Positions 53,800-55,154 of a stretch of 55,154 nt of DNA are shown one piece after another. Source of the stretch: Lysobacteraceae bacterium (GTDB lineage: Bacteria; Pseudomonadota; Gammaproteobacteria; Xanthomonadales; Xanthomonadaceae); assembly GCA_044345955.1 (NCBI GenBank), contig JBIJAD010000001.1, positions 1 to 55,154 on the forward strand, written 5' to 3'. The number at the start of each line of letters is the position of its first letter. Positions within the stretch are counted from its first letter, which is position 1. The notes below the pieces were generated by a model. It was not told the DNA's origin. It ran no database searches and saw only the letters and a list, made by a program, of their open reading frames with translations. The translations under genes and the position numbers were made by a program.

Positions 53800-55154
53800 A
53801 GCACGCCCACCTCGGAATCGTCGTCGGCCGTCTCGTCGCGTGCGCCATCGGCGCCGCCGGCCATCCATTGCAGGTTGTCGATGTGATCGGCCAGATCGGC
53901 CAGCCGCGGATGCAGAAATACGTCGCGCAGGGTGCTGCGCACGCCGAATACCTCGGCGATGCGCACGTTCAGCGCGGTCGCGAGCAGCGAATGACCGCCG
54001 GCCGAGAAGAAGCTGTCCTGACGGCCGACGCGACGCACGCCCAGGATCGCGCACCACAGTTCGGCCAGCCGCTCTTCGGTGCGGGTCGCCGGCGGCTCGA
54101 AGGCGTCGGAGTCCGCATCTTCCAGCGGCAACTGCGACAGCGCCCTGCGATCGACCTTGCCGTTGGCGGTCAACGGCAGCGCGTCCAGCAACAGCATCCG
54201 CGCCGGGATCATGTACTCGGGCAATTGCTGCGACAGCGCCGTGCGCAGCGTCGCTTCCGACTGCTGCGCGTCGGCCGCGAGGTGTACGTAGGCGACCAGC
54301 AGGTCGCGACCGTCGTCGCGCTTGCGCACCGTCGCGATCGCCTCGCGCACGCCGGGGCAGATGCCGATCGCACGCTCGATCTCGCCCAGTTCGATGCGGA
54401 AGCCCCGCAACTTGACCTGATGATCGGCGCGGCCCAGGTAAGCCAGGCGGCCATCGGGCAGATGACGCACGATGTCGCCGGTACGGTACAGGCGACCGCC
54501 GCTGCCGAAGGGATCGGGCAGATAGCGCTCGGCGGTCAGATCCGGACGGCCGAGATAACCGCGCGAAACACCGGCGCCGGCCAGATACAGCTCGCCGCGC
54601 GCGCCCGGAGGCACCGGCAGCATCTGCGCATCCAGCACATAGGCGCGGGTGTTGTCGATCGGAACGCCGATACTGGGCGCGTCGCTGCCGGTCTCCTCGA
54701 CGCGGCAACCGGTCGAATAGGTGGTGTCTTCGGACGGGCCGTAGAGGTTGTACACCGCCTCGACATGGCCCTGGCGATAGAGCCGGTCGACCAGACCACG
54801 CGCCAGCGCCTCGCCCGCCAGGTTCACCACCCGTACCGAAGCCGGCAGCGCGCCGGCCGCGAGCACCGCATCGATCGCCGAAGGCACGGTGTTGACCAGG
54901 GTCACCGGCACGCGCGGCGGCTGTTCGACCAGCGCCAGCGCGTCGCGCACCAGGACCACGGTGTTGCCGGTCGCCAGCGGCAGGAACAGCTCGTATACCG
55001 ACAGATCGAAGCAGATCGAGGTGCTGGCCAGGGTATGGCGCAGCGCCTGCGGCTCGAAGATGCGGCGCGCCCAGGCCAGCATCGCCACCGCATTGCCGTG
55101 GGTGATCGCCACGCCCTTGGGCAGTCCGGTGGAACCGGAGGTATAGATCACGTA
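53796..55154 (-). CDS. NRPS C-terminal part, A(Ala)-T (5'-truncated by window edge)
   Basis: YTSGSTGLPKG; code DLYNNALTYK (Ala); T GGHSL; acidic C-terminal docking tail DDDSEVGVL. Confidence 0.93.
   Translation of the reverse strand, partial: YVIYTSGSTGLPKGVAITHGNAVAMLAWARRIFEPQALRHTLASTSICFDLSVYELFLPLATGNTVVLVRDALALVEQPPRVPVTLVNTVPSAIDAVLAAGALPASVRVVNLAGEALARGLVDRLYRQGHVEAVYNLYGPSEDTTYSTGCRVEETGSDAPSIGVPIDNTRAYVLDAQMLPVPPGARGELYLAGAGVSRGYLGRPDLTAERYLPDPFGSGGRLYRTGDIVRHLPDGRLAYLGRADHQVKLRGFRIELGEIERAIGICPGVREAIATVRKRDDGRDLLVAYVHLAADAQQSEATLRTALSQQLPEYMIPARMLLLDALPLTANGKVDRRALSQLPLEDADSDAFEPPATRTEERLAELWCAILGVRRVGRQDSFFSAGGHSLLATALNVRIAEVFGVRSTLRDVFLHPRLADLADHIDNLQWMAGGADGARDETADDDSEVGVL

Larger units (their letters stand above)
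5722..55154 (-). other. Hybrid NRPS-PKS biosynthetic gene cluster (3' portion)
   Basis: Eleven co-oriented genes, several with overlapping stop/start codons; ends convergently against the DUF411 gene. Confidence 0.93.

Noticed and set aside
14390-55154. Recurring near-identical short sequences (e.g. gaggtgtagatcacgtaggc)
   Set aside because: Conserved A3 and A8 coding motifs of paralogous A domains, not CRISPR repeats or mobile-element ends.

Overview
High-GC bacterial DNA; the flanking gene content suggests a Lysobacterales/Xanthomonadales-type Gram-negative (inference). About 49.4 kb (5722 to the right edge, minus strand) is the 3' part of one co-oriented, largely translationally coupled hybrid NRPS/PKS biosynthetic gene cluster that continues beyond the window. 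Assembly line in reading order: [...A(Ala)-T] > [dock-C-A(Gly, interrupted by a luciferase-like monooxygenase)-T] > [KS-AT-ACP-Cy-A(Cys)-Ox-T] > [KS-AT-ACP] > [C-A*-A(keto acid)-KR-T-E-C] > [dock-C*-A(Phe)-T-E-C-A(Thr)-T-C(modAA)-A(Asx-like)-T] > [dock-C-A(Ser-like)-T-C-A(Asx-like)-T-TE]. It is followed by an MFS exporter, a ClbP-like membrane-anchored serine hydrolase, an atypical HxH JmjC oxygenase and a membrane-anchored alpha/beta-hydrolase. I do not recognise this domain string as a characterised pathway. It predicts a thiazole-containing depsipeptide-polyketide with two built-in labile bonds (an alpha-hydroxyglycine hemiaminal and a beta-keto ester) plus two periplasmic hydrolases, which suggests a prodrug or multi-product assembly line. 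The left 5.7 kb holds apparently unrelated genes: secreted and hypothetical proteins, a membrane-anchored double-AAA ATPase and a DUF411 lipoprotein. No rRNA, tRNA, CRISPR array or mobile element was seen. Substrate codes were read by eye against GrsA and internal domain coordinates are approximate.
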